Assembly (NCBI GenBank): GCA_934098525.1
Contig: CAKONZ010000002.1
Coordinates: forward strand, 53,442 to 117,441
Reading direction: 5' to 3'
Source of the DNA: an uncultured Bacilli bacterium
GTDB lineage: Bacteria > Bacillota_I > Bacilli_A > RF39 > UBA660
Length of the DNA: 64,000 nucleotides
Part shown: one piece after another, positions 10,116-18,726 of the stretch
Numbering within the stretch: the stretch's first letter is position 1
Layout: every line of letters starts with the position of its first letter
Translations under genes and position numbers: made by a program
The notes under the pieces: generated by a model
The model's database searches: none
What the model saw: only the letters and a program-made list of their open reading frames with translations
What the model was told of the DNA's origin: nothing

Positions 10116-11034
10116 TAAGTGTCCGCACATAAAATCACCTTATAAGTGCTAATTTATATTTCTAATAATATCATATTTGAGCTTTTATAATCAAACATTG
10201 CTCTTGGATAATTATTTATCCAATCTTCAATTTGTTTTATAAATGATGTTTTTATATTTGTTATGTCCGTTCCTTTGGGTATCCACCTTCTTATCAATCT
10301 ATTATTATTTTCATTTGTTCCTCTTTCTCCAGAACAATATGGATGTGCATAATATATTTCTGTTCTTTTCTTTTTTCTTAAACATGATTTTTCTAGCCCT
10401 TCATATCCCATAAATTCAACTCCATTATCAAACGTTATACTCTTAAAGACTTTATAAAACTTTCCTTGATATCTTCTTTCAATTCTATCAATCGCTTTTG
10501 CTACTGTCTTTGTTTCTTTATTTGGAAGTTTCATTATTATTTCTTGCCTTGTTTTTCTTTCTGTTAATGTAAATAACACAGGTTTAGTTCCTTGTTTTCC
10601 AATAACTAAATCTCCTTCCCAATGACCATATATTTCTCTTGTTTTTGCCTCCTTGGGTCTATATTCAATACTTTTTTCTGCCGGTATCATTTTAGATACC
10701 CTTTTTTCTTTATTCTTATTATTATATCCCTTTTTGTATATTATCTTTCCTTGTTTTAAATCATTAAATATAACCCCACTTTTAATTGCATTTCTTATTG
10801 TTCTTTCGCTTTTATGCAATAATTCTGCTATTTCTTTCTTGCTCTTTTTATCTGAATTATACCAAGTCTCTATCATTGTCCTTTCTGAATATGTTATATG
10901 TTTATATTTTTTGATTTTTTTGTTATAATTTAAAAGACACATAGTTTATTACCTCCAATGTTAGTTCGCACTTACATTGTATCATAGGTAATTCTATGTG
11001 TCTTTTTTTATGTCCCTTTTCGGACACTTAATTT
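10116..11034 (-). mobile_element. IS30-family insertion sequence (about 0.9 kb)
   Basis: A single transposase ORF is flanked by imperfect terminal inverted repeats. They share TAAGTGTCCG plus ACATAAAA (left 10118-10140; right 11003-11032 in reverse complement). Confidence 0.65.
10154..10942 (-). CDS. IS30-family DDE transposase
   Basis: N-terminal HTH. HWEGDLV, ITFDNGVEF and NENNNRLIRRWIPKGTDI motifs give the IS30 DDE triad signature. RBS GGAGGT is 9 nt upstream. Confidence 0.8.
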   Translation of the reverse strand: MCLLNYNKKIKKYKHITYSERTMIETWYNSDKKSKKEIAELLHKSERTIRNAIKSGVIFNDLKQGKIIYKKGYNNKNKEKRVSKMIPAEKSIEYRPKEAKTREIYGHWEGDLVIGKQGTKPVLFTLTERKTRQEIIMKLPNKETKTVAKAIDRIERRYQGKFYKVFKSITFDNGVEFMGYEGLEKSCLRKKKRTEIYYAHPYCSGERGTNENNNRLIRRWIPKGTDITNIKTSFIKQIEDWINNYPRAMFDYKSSNMILLEI

Positions 11035-11048
11035 TTCAATTTATACAA

Positions 11049-11582
11049 TTAATGTTTCTTATGATCAAACTCAGTATGTCCTTCAATACCATACTTCTTA
11101 GATATTGGATCCTTAAATATTAAACCTTCAAATGGAAATATAGTTGCCACCATATAAAATCCAAATATCAAAAATATTAATATAATACTTAAATATTTAA
11201 ATATAAAAGGAAAACCATCTAATCCTAAAATATAATAAAATATATATTGAGATCCAATTATAGATAAATAAAATATAACAATATCAACTGGTAAAAAAGC
11301 TTTTTTAGTAACACTAGTATATCCATAAAATAAAATAGGAATAACAATAATTATAAATACTAAACTACAAGCTTTAGCAAAAGCATAATTATCTAAATTA
11401 CCATAAACAAAATAATCATACAAACTAAAAAGAAAAGTTGGTGTCAAAGCAATCTTAATATGTTCCCATGTACTCTCATTAACCGCTGCAAACAAACCAA
11501 CAACCTTATTATGCCCACTAATTTCATACAAAAAATGTGATAAAGTTCCTACTAAAGCAATAAGAATAATCGCAATCCACAT
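11049..11582 (-). CDS. hypothetical polytopic membrane protein
   Basis: Five to six predicted hydrophobic helices. No catalytic motif. Confidence 0.45.
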   Translation of the reverse strand: MWIAIILIALVGTLSHFLYEISGHNKVVGLFAAVNESTWEHIKIALTPTFLFSLYDYFVYGNLDNYAFAKACSLVFIIIVIPILFYGYTSVTKKAFLPVDIVIFYLSIIGSQYIFYYILGLDGFPFIFKYLSIILIFLIFGFYMVATIFPFEGLIFKDPISKKYGIEGHTEFDHKKH

Positions 11583-11594
11583 AAAATCATCTCC

Positions 11595-11783
11595 TTAATT
11601 ATTATCTTTTGGTATTACAATAGAACATATAATATAAGCAATTATTCCACTAAAACCTATACAAGATAAAACTATCCAAGCAAGTCTAACAATAGTAGGA
11701 TCCATATCAAAATACTCGCCTATTCCTCCACAAACACCACTAATCATTTTTTCCTTACTTGATCTATACAATCTCTTCTTCAT
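11595..11783 (-). CDS. PspC-domain small membrane protein
   Basis: SGVCGGIGEYF motif characteristic of the PspC domain, followed by one TM helix. Confidence 0.7.
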   Translation of the reverse strand: MKKRLYRSSKEKMISGVCGGIGEYFDMDPTIVRLAWIVLSCIGFSGIIAYIICSIVIPKDNN

Positions 11784-11791
11784 AACTCCTC

Positions 11792-13387
11792 CTAAACATT
11801 TAATTTCATATAATCCTTAGGACACTTATATATTAATATAATGTACAAAATTATAGAAATAATCATAAATATAACTAAATTAATTAAAATTATAAAATTA
11901 ATATCAAAATAATCACTCAATTTAATAACACTAAATATACTTAACAAACAAATTCCAATATTTATAAAAACAGATATCATAGAACTCATACTTTGTTTAA
12001 CAATCTCAGTATCATTAGTATAATTTAATTTTGGATACTTTAAATTAACAACAAGTCCAATAACAGCAGATAAAAATATTATAGCAAATACAACTAGTAA
12101 CAATAATAATAAATAAACAAAACTAGGTCTAAACTTTATAGAAAATATAAAAACAGAAACTAATACAAAAGGTAATTCTATAAAATAACAATACAAAATC
12201 TTAGAATTAAATATCGTCCTAATACTTATAGGTAAACTCTTAGTAATATTAATACTTCTACCCTCTAAAGAAATACTAGAAGATGTAATTGAAGTCATTA
12301 AACATGAAAATAATACCAAACCATAATACAAAAATAAAACCGATATATTTTCACTTATTCCATAATTAGACAAAAGTTTTATAACCATAACTTTACCCTT
12401 AAAACATAATACAAAAGATAAAACAACTAAAATAACTTGCCCAAAAGAAGTATTAAACATATACACAGGAGAAGATAAATATCTTTTAATCTCCTTCTTA
12501 ACCAAAGCCATTATTGGTTTATTAACCCTTATTAAAGAAACTTTATTTTTAGAATAACTCTTATTACCATTCAAACTAGAAATAATTTTAAAATAACTAC
12601 AAGAAAAAATAAAAATAAATAACAAAAATAAAATAATATTAATAAATAATAACTTTATAAATAATAACAAATCAAATTTCTCTAACAAACTTATATAAGC
12701 CCCTATAGGAAAATAAATCTTAGTCAAAACATCATTTATACTACTTGCATTTTCAACCACATTATTTATAAAAGATTCACTATTCATACTAATAAAAAAT
12801 ATAAATAAAAAAATTATAAATGAAAGTATAGTTTGTATAATCTTATTAGACTTAAACTTACTAGAAATAAGTTTTATTAAATAACCAAAAACACTAGATA
12901 TAATCGTAGGAATAAGCGGTAATAACAAAACCATTAATAAAGAAATTACATAGAAATAAAAACTTGGTCTTTCAAAATAAATATATACAAAATATGCTGG
13001 TAACAAAAACAAAGAATTATATATATATTGAAACAAAATAAGTTTAAACACTCTAATAAATAAAATTAATTTTTTACTTATAGGTAAAGAAAATAATAAA
13101 TCATTATTCTTTGATTCAAATAAAATACCTTGTGATTTATAAATACCTTGTATAAAAGTTAAACCAGTTACCAAAGATAAAAACATAGTAAGCATAATAT
13201 ATGTCAAATCATAAAAAGCAAGTTTTTTTGCTAAAAGATAAGCATAAGTACCCATAGAAAAACAAACTAAGCCAAATATAACAATTGGTAATATTATCTT
13301 TCTAACTCTACTAGAATTATTAGAACTAAACTTAAATAAATTCATATCTTCAGTTAAAGAGGCCCTTAAAAGTGAAAAAACTTTCAT
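11792..13387 (-). CDS. ABC-2 family transporter permease (multi-TM)
   Basis: 531-aa polytopic membrane protein immediately downstream of and coupled to an ABC ATPase. Confidence 0.65.
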   Translation of the reverse strand: MKVFSLLRASLTEDMNLFKFSSNNSSRVRKIILPIVIFGLVCFSMGTYAYLLAKKLAFYDLTYIMLTMFLSLVTGLTFIQGIYKSQGILFESKNNDLLFSLPISKKLILFIRVFKLILFQYIYNSLFLLPAYFVYIYFERPSFYFYVISLLMVLLLPLIPTIISSVFGYLIKLISSKFKSNKIIQTILSFIIFLFIFFISMNSESFINNVVENASSINDVLTKIYFPIGAYISLLEKFDLLLFIKLLFINIILFLLFIFIFSCSYFKIISSLNGNKSYSKNKVSLIRVNKPIMALVKKEIKRYLSSPVYMFNTSFGQVILVVLSFVLCFKGKVMVIKLLSNYGISENISVLFLYYGLVLFSCLMTSITSSSISLEGRSINITKSLPISIRTIFNSKILYCYFIELPFVLVSVFIFSIKFRPSFVYLLLLLLVVFAIIFLSAVIGLVVNLKYPKLNYTNDTEIVKQSMSSMISVFINIGICLLSIFSVIKLSDYFDINFIILINLVIFMIISIILYIILIYKCPKDYMKLNV

Positions 13388-13389
13388 AA

Positions 13390-14097
13390 TTATTCTCCTA
13401 ACTCAAGAAATACTTGTTCTAAAGATTCATCACCCTTAACTTCTTTCATATTTCCTGTCTTTATAATCTTACCATTCTTTATAATAGCCACCCTATCACA
13501 AAGTTTCTCAGCAACATCCAAAATATGAGTAGAAAAGAAAATAGTCTTTTTCTCTTTAACCATCTCTCTCATTATTTCTTTCATATCATACACAGCCTTA
13601 GGATCCAATCCTACAAAAGGTTCATCCATAACCAAAACCTTAGGTTCATGAACTAAAGCAGCCATTAATGCAACCTTCTGCTTCATTCCATGAGAAAAAC
13701 TAGAAATATCATTATTAAGCTTATCCTTTATCTCAAACATTGTAGCATACTTATCTATATTCCTTCTTCTAATATCAACAGGAGTACCATACATATCACA
13801 TATAAAATTAATGAAATCTATAGCCTTCATATTCTCATATAAATCAGGATTATCAGGAACATAAGCCATATCAAGTTTACACTCAATAGCCTCTTTTTTT
13901 ATTGACTTATTATTAATCAAAATATCCCCATCATCAAAATCCAATATACCAACCAAACACTTAATAGTAGTAGTCTTTCCTGCTCCATTATGTCCTATAA
14001 AAGCAAAAATTTCTCCATCATTAACAGTAAAACTAACATCATCTAAAACCTTCTTAACACCATCATAAGACTTACTTATATTTTTAATTTCTATCAT
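13390..14097 (-). CDS. ABC transporter ATP-binding protein
   Basis: Walker A GHNGAGKTT, ABC signature FSHGMKQK, and Walker B LVMDEP. Confidence 0.9.
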   Translation of the reverse strand: MIEIKNISKSYDGVKKVLDDVSFTVNDGEIFAFIGHNGAGKTTTIKCLVGILDFDDGDILINNKSIKKEAIECKLDMAYVPDNPDLYENMKAIDFINFICDMYGTPVDIRRRNIDKYATMFEIKDKLNNDISSFSHGMKQKVALMAALVHEPKVLVMDEPFVGLDPKAVYDMKEIMREMVKEKKTIFFSTHILDVAEKLCDRVAIIKNGKIIKTGNMKEVKGDESLEQVFLELGE

Positions 14098-14249
14098 AAA
14101 ATCTCCCCAACACTCAAATCCATTACATAATAATTATATCATAAAATAAGTTAAACTTCTCTCATTCCATTCAACATTGTCAAGAACATAATAAAAAGTA
14201 AAATAACTCAGTTATCAAAGTATAACCACAAGTACCAAAAATAATAAAA

Positions 14250-14777
14250 TTACTTAATCTCATTATAAGATAATAGTTCAATAGCCATAATCATATCAAA
14301 AGCAATAACCTTATTTTTATCATTATTAAAAATATTATTCTTAATAACATCAATAGAGGATTCTAAAGGTACCTCTTCTATTTTATAATTATTTAGTTTT
14401 TCTCTCTCAGTATAATTAACATTTGTCATATCAATTTTTTTATTTGTTTTAACTACATAATAATAAATCTCTGATTTTCTATTTTTTCCAACCTCTGGCC
14501 AATCCCTATTAAAATAAGTTACTTTCATTAACTGTTTTCCAATTTCATCATCACTAATTTCAATTCCTGTTTCCTCTCTAACTTCTCTCTTCAAACACTC
14601 TTCATATGATTCATCATCTTCCAAATGCCCTCCAGGAAATTGTAAAACACCATTTTCATTTCCAAGTAAAATAACATCATTATTTATTATTAAAGCCTTA
14701 ACTCTAATAATAGTTTCTGTAATATCACTCTCTCTTAAATTATCATAATTATATATTATTTCCATACTAAACTCCAA
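14250..14777 (-). CDS. NUDIX hydrolase
   Basis: Nudix box GGHLEDDESYEECLKREVREETG. Confidence 0.75.
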   Translation of the reverse strand: MEFSMEIIYNYDNLRESDITETIIRVKALIINNDVILLGNENGVLQFPGGHLEDDESYEECLKREVREETGIEISDDEIGKQLMKVTYFNRDWPEVGKNRKSEIYYYVVKTNKKIDMTNVNYTEREKLNNYKIEEVPLESSIDVIKNNIFNNDKNKVIAFDMIMAIELLSYNEIK

Positions 14778-14788
14778 AACCTAAACAA

Positions 14789-15271
14789 CTATATTTTCTT
14801 TACATCTATTAACATTCTTGTGTGATATCCTTGCTTCCTATAAAAATTAATTGCCTTATCATTATAAGCGAAAACATCTATAAAAATATACTCACACCCA
14901 ATACTCTTAAAATATTCTTCCATTTTATTCATTAATTTTTGTCCAACGCCATTACTTCTAATATTCTTAGATACTATTAATTCTGAAATTTCACCACTTC
15001 TAGGGCACTTATAATCCAAATAATCATATTCATCATAAGTTCTAACATATCCCATAATTAAACCAATTACTTTATTATTATCTAATGCTAAATAACACTT
15101 TCCTTCATTATTGCCTACTTCTTCTAAATCTAAAACAGCCATCTTTTCTCTATAATCATGATGTAATTGATCTAATTCATCCTTATCTATACTAATTATA
15201 TATTCTTCAAGCTCAACCAACAAATCTTTAACATCTTCTAAATATTTTTCTTCATATTCAATAATTTTCAT
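14789..15271 (-). CDS. GNAT family N-acetyltransferase
   Basis: GNAT acetyl-CoA binding motif region IRSNGVGQKLM and typical approximately 160-aa length. Confidence 0.7.
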   Translation of the reverse strand: MKIIEYEEKYLEDVKDLLVELEEYIISIDKDELDQLHHDYREKMAVLDLEEVGNNEGKCYLALDNNKVIGLIMGYVRTYDEYDYLDYKCPRSGEISELIVSKNIRSNGVGQKLMNKMEEYFKSIGCEYIFIDVFAYNDKAINFYRKQGYHTRMLIDVKKI

Positions 15272-15308
15272 TCTTTACCTCATTCTAACATTATATTTTT
15301 ATTAACAT

Positions 15309-15701
15309 CTATTTTTTTGCCTCAAAAGCCTCATCCCAATCAACATAACCATCATCTTCATATCCTTTACAACTTATTTTTATATCCCAATCCCAAACTC
15401 CTTCTTTAACACAAACAGGTTCAACATATGATTTACAATATGATTTTTTATCAACATCTAAAAATTTTTCTTTATCCATACCTGCATTATATACCAAAAC
15501 CTTATGAGTTATTATTTGACTACCACCATCTACTTGACAATTCGGCGCTATAAGATACATATATCTTTTTAATTCTGTATCTATTTCCCTTTTTATTTCA
15601 TCATATCTTTTACTTTTTTCTTTCTTATCATAATTAACAAAAACAATAATACCCACTAAAAAAATTATAACTATAATTAATATAATAATCTTTTTCTTCA
15701 T
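15309..15701 (-). CDS. hypothetical secreted Cys-rich protein
   Basis: N-terminal signal/anchor and six Cys. No recognisable family. Confidence 0.4.
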   Translation of the reverse strand: MKKKIIILIIVIIFLVGIIVFVNYDKKEKSKRYDEIKREIDTELKRYMYLIAPNCQVDGGSQIITHKVLVYNAGMDKEKFLDVDKKSYCKSYVEPVCVKEGVWDWDIKISCKGYEDDGYVDWDEAFEAKK

Positions 15702-15721
15702 ATAATCATCAACTCCTAAAA

Positions 15722-16414
15722 CTAATTTTCTTTTTCATTAAATACAAACCTTTTCAAAATCTTTATATAAATCATCAAATATGCAATTGATATTAAAAAT
15801 CCTGCACAAACATCACTAGTATAATGAACACCTAAATATATTCTACTAATACCTATCATTACTATCAATAATGATAATATAGTTATCAAAAATATTTTCA
15901 AATACTTATTTTTTATATTTTTATAAATTAAATAAATTATAAATCCATAAAATGCCATACTTATCATTGAATGTCCAGAAGGAAAACTATAACCACTTTC
16001 ATCAATAATTCTAAATTCTGTTGGTCTAGGTCTTTGAAGAATAAATTTTAATAATTGATTTAATATTGTCACTATAATAAGATTAATTACAACTAAAAAA
16101 CCTTGTTTTTTATTCTTTATAAAAATAAACAAAGCAAAAGTAAGTAAAATCAAACAAGAAGCACTGCCAAACCAAGTTATTGCTTTCATGACTGGAGTAA
16201 ATGAATCATTAATTAAATAAGTTGAAATAAGTTTATACCCAATAATATCCCCTTTCATAATTTCATGATTAAAAACATCTTCCGCCAAAGCAAGAAATAA
16301 TATCAAACATATGAATATAATTAATAACTGATAATTATTAATAACAAACTTCTTTATTTTTTCTAACACCATTTCTATCTTAAATTTATTATTCTTTATC
16401 ATATTTTTCTCCAT
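15722..16414 (-). CDS. PAP2-family phosphatase (undecaprenyl-diphosphatase-like)
   Basis: PAP2 motifs KxxxxxxRP (LQRPRP), PSGHS and SRIYLGVHYTSD. Confidence 0.75.
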   Translation of the reverse strand: MEKNMIKNNKFKIEMVLEKIKKFVINNYQLLIIFICLILFLALAEDVFNHEIMKGDIIGYKLISTYLINDSFTPVMKAITWFGSASCLILLTFALFIFIKNKKQGFLVVINLIIVTILNQLLKFILQRPRPTEFRIIDESGYSFPSGHSMISMAFYGFIIYLIYKNIKNKYLKIFLITILSLLIVMIGISRIYLGVHYTSDVCAGFLISIAYLMIYIKILKRFVFNEKEN

Positions 16415-16463
16415 AACTAATTACACTTATATTATAACTTATTTAATTAATTAAGTCGACAAA

Positions 16464-16498
16464 TAAAAATACTTAGAATTTTTACTAAGTATTTTTAT
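16464..16498 (-). terminator. rho-independent terminator downstream of the DD-carboxypeptidase gene
   Basis: Stem AAATACTTAG / CTAAGTATTT with loop AATTTTT and flanking A/T runs. Confidence 0.6.
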
Positions 16499-16504
16499 AA
16501 ACCA

Positions 16505-17653
16505 TTAACTATTTGCTATAGAATATCTTAAATTTCTTAAATACAATTCTAAAATATTTAATTTATCTATATCTTTATCAGTAACTAAATCTTTTTTTAA
16601 AACTATATTTTTTCCATCAAGTATTTCTATTCTACCAAGTACATCTCCCTTTTTTATAGGAAGATTCATATCATTTAATACTACTCTATAATCATATTTT
16701 TTATCCTTATCACTCTTCTTATTTACTAAAATAATATCATCTTTACTAAATAATTCAATATAATCTTTTTTACCTTTATTTACATTCACTCTTTGAATAA
16801 CTTGATTCTTTTTAAATAAAATTTTCCCTTCATATTGATTAAAAATATAATCTAATAAATCACTAGTCTCACTATTTCTTGTATTAGTATCACCATATCC
16901 TAAAGTAACTACTATTACTCTAAAATTATTTTTATTTATTGTAACAGCCATACACTTACCAGCCTCATCAGTAGATCCTGTTTTTAATCCATCAACACCA
17001 TCATAAAATCTAACTAATTTATTTGTATTTACTATCCATGATTCGTTATCAGTACCTTTTCTAATATAATCTTCATATACACTAGTAAAATTCAAAACAT
17101 CCTCATACTCCAATAAATGTTTAGCAATAATTGCCATATCATAAGCACTAGAATAATGCCCTACTTCATCTAATCCTGTACAATTTTTAAAATAAGTATT
17201 TTTTAAGCCATACTCTTTAACCTTATTATTCATCTTCTTTACAAATGCTTCTTCTGTTCCTGATATTCTTTCTGCCATTGCCACCATTGCATCATTAGCA
17301 GATGCCAAAGTAATACCTTTAATTAAATCATTAATAGATATTTTTTCCCCTTCTTCAAGCCAAATCTGTGAACCTCCCATTTCCTTAGCATTTTTTGAAA
17401 CAGTAATAACTTCATCCAAACTAATTACTTTATTCTCCAAACTTTCAAAAATAAGTATTAATCCCATCATCTTAGTAAGAGACGCTACCGAAGAAATTTC
17501 ATTAGCATTTTTATTATATAAAATTTGCCCTGTAGAAACATCCATAGCAACAGCACTCTTAGCATTTTTAGTAACATCAGCCTCTAACTCTAAAGCAAAA
17601 ACATTAAATGGACTTAACAAAATAATCAAAAAACAAATCAATAACTTTTTCAT
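16505..17653 (-). CDS. D-alanyl-D-alanine carboxypeptidase (PBP5 family, DacA/DacF-like)
   Basis: Signal peptide. SxxK (ASLTKMM), SxN (SAND) and KTG (KTGST) motifs. Confidence 0.85.
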   Translation of the reverse strand: MKKLLICFLIILLSPFNVFALELEADVTKNAKSAVAMDVSTGQILYNKNANEISSVASLTKMMGLILIFESLENKVISLDEVITVSKNAKEMGGSQIWLEEGEKISINDLIKGITLASANDAMVAMAERISGTEEAFVKKMNNKVKEYGLKNTYFKNCTGLDEVGHYSSAYDMAIIAKHLLEYEDVLNFTSVYEDYIRKGTDNESWIVNTNKLVRFYDGVDGLKTGSTDEAGKCMAVTINKNNFRVIVVTLGYGDTNTRNSETSDLLDYIFNQYEGKILFKKNQVIQRVNVNKGKKDYIELFSKDDIILVNKKSDKDKKYDYRVVLNDMNLPIKKGDVLGRIEILDGKNIVLKKDLVTDKDIDKLNILELYLRNLRYSIANS

Positions 17654-17753
17654 TTTACACCTCTAATAAATTAAATGTTAACTAAGATTTTTTATACTAA
17701 ATTTTATTTAAAATAATATTATTTAGTGATATTATATTTTTAGGAGAATCAAA

Positions 17754-18704
17754 ATGAAAAAGAAAAACAAAAAAGAAAATAATTTATTGAATAATATCAT
17801 ATTTTTAATATGTATATGTTTTATAGGAATAGGAGTATATTATTTGAAAGTACCATTAAAAAATAAAATTAAAAACATTGAAAACAAAACCGAAGAAAAA
17901 AATAATCAAAATAGTAAAAATAATAATAATCAAAATAACAACAGTGATCAAAAAGAAGATAAAAGTTATGAGATTTATAAAAAAATACCTGGTTTTAAAT
18001 TAAAAAACTTAGATAGATATATAGAATATCATAATAACAAACCAGATCTATCATATGACCAAGTTGTAACATATGTAAATATAGGCTTAGATCATGATTT
18101 CTATTCCTACATAAGTGAAACTGACACTACTTATGGTGTAAACTTATTAGTAAATAAATTTTTAAAATTACCGGATAATTATGAACCAGATGATCTAGAA
18201 GAAATCAATAAAGAATACTTTATAAATGGCAATCTATATGTTAGAAAATTAAGAAAAGAAGCTAAAGAAGCATTTGAAAAGCTGTCAAAAGCTTCAATTG
18301 AAGAAGGATATCCCGTATATGGTCAATCAGCATATAGACCATATTCAATGCAAGTAAATTTATACAACAATGCATTAAACACAATGACAAAAGAACAAGC
18401 TGATGATGACACAGCAAGACCAGGACACTCAGAACATCAAACCGGACTAACCATAGATGTCTCATCAAATAAATATGGTAACATGTTAAATTTTGAAAAC
18501 ACTGATTCATTCCAATGGATGCAAGATAATGCTTACAAATATGGTTTTATATTAAGATACACAAAAAATGAAACCAACATTCATGGTTTCATGTATGAAT
18601 CATGGCATTATAGGTATGTTGGAGTAAAAGTTGCTACAGACATGCATAATAATTATCCTACTCTTACATATGATGAATACTATTACAAATTCATAGAAAA
18701 ATAG
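17754..18704 (+). CDS. VanY/peptidase M15 family D,D- or L,D-carboxypeptidase, membrane anchored
   Basis: N-terminal TM. SAYRPYSMQ, SEHQTGLTIDV and ESWHYRY motifs match the zinc-binding residues of VanY-type enzymes. Confidence 0.8.
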   Translation: MKKKNKKENNLLNNIIFLICICFIGIGVYYLKVPLKNKIKNIENKTEEKNNQNSKNNNNQNNNSDQKEDKSYEIYKKIPGFKLKNLDRYIEYHNNKPDLSYDQVVTYVNIGLDHDFYSYISETDTTYGVNLLVNKFLKLPDNYEPDDLEEINKEYFINGNLYVRKLRKEAKEAFEKLSKASIEEGYPVYGQSAYRPYSMQVNLYNNALNTMTKEQADDDTARPGHSEHQTGLTIDVSSNKYGNMLNFENTDSFQWMQDNAYKYGFILRYTKNETNIHGFMYESWHYRYVGVKVATDMHNNYPTLTYDEYYYKFIEK

Positions 18705-18726
18705 TTCAAATCAAATTGAACTATTT

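Noticed and set aside
10653-10928. Plus-strand ORF antisense to the IS30 transposase
   Set aside because: Hydrophobic low-complexity translation with no RBS. It is an artefact of the AT-rich antisense frame.
18262-18510. Minus-strand ORF inside the VanY-like gene
   Set aside because: Antisense to a gene with clear M15 zinc-ligand motifs. No independent support.
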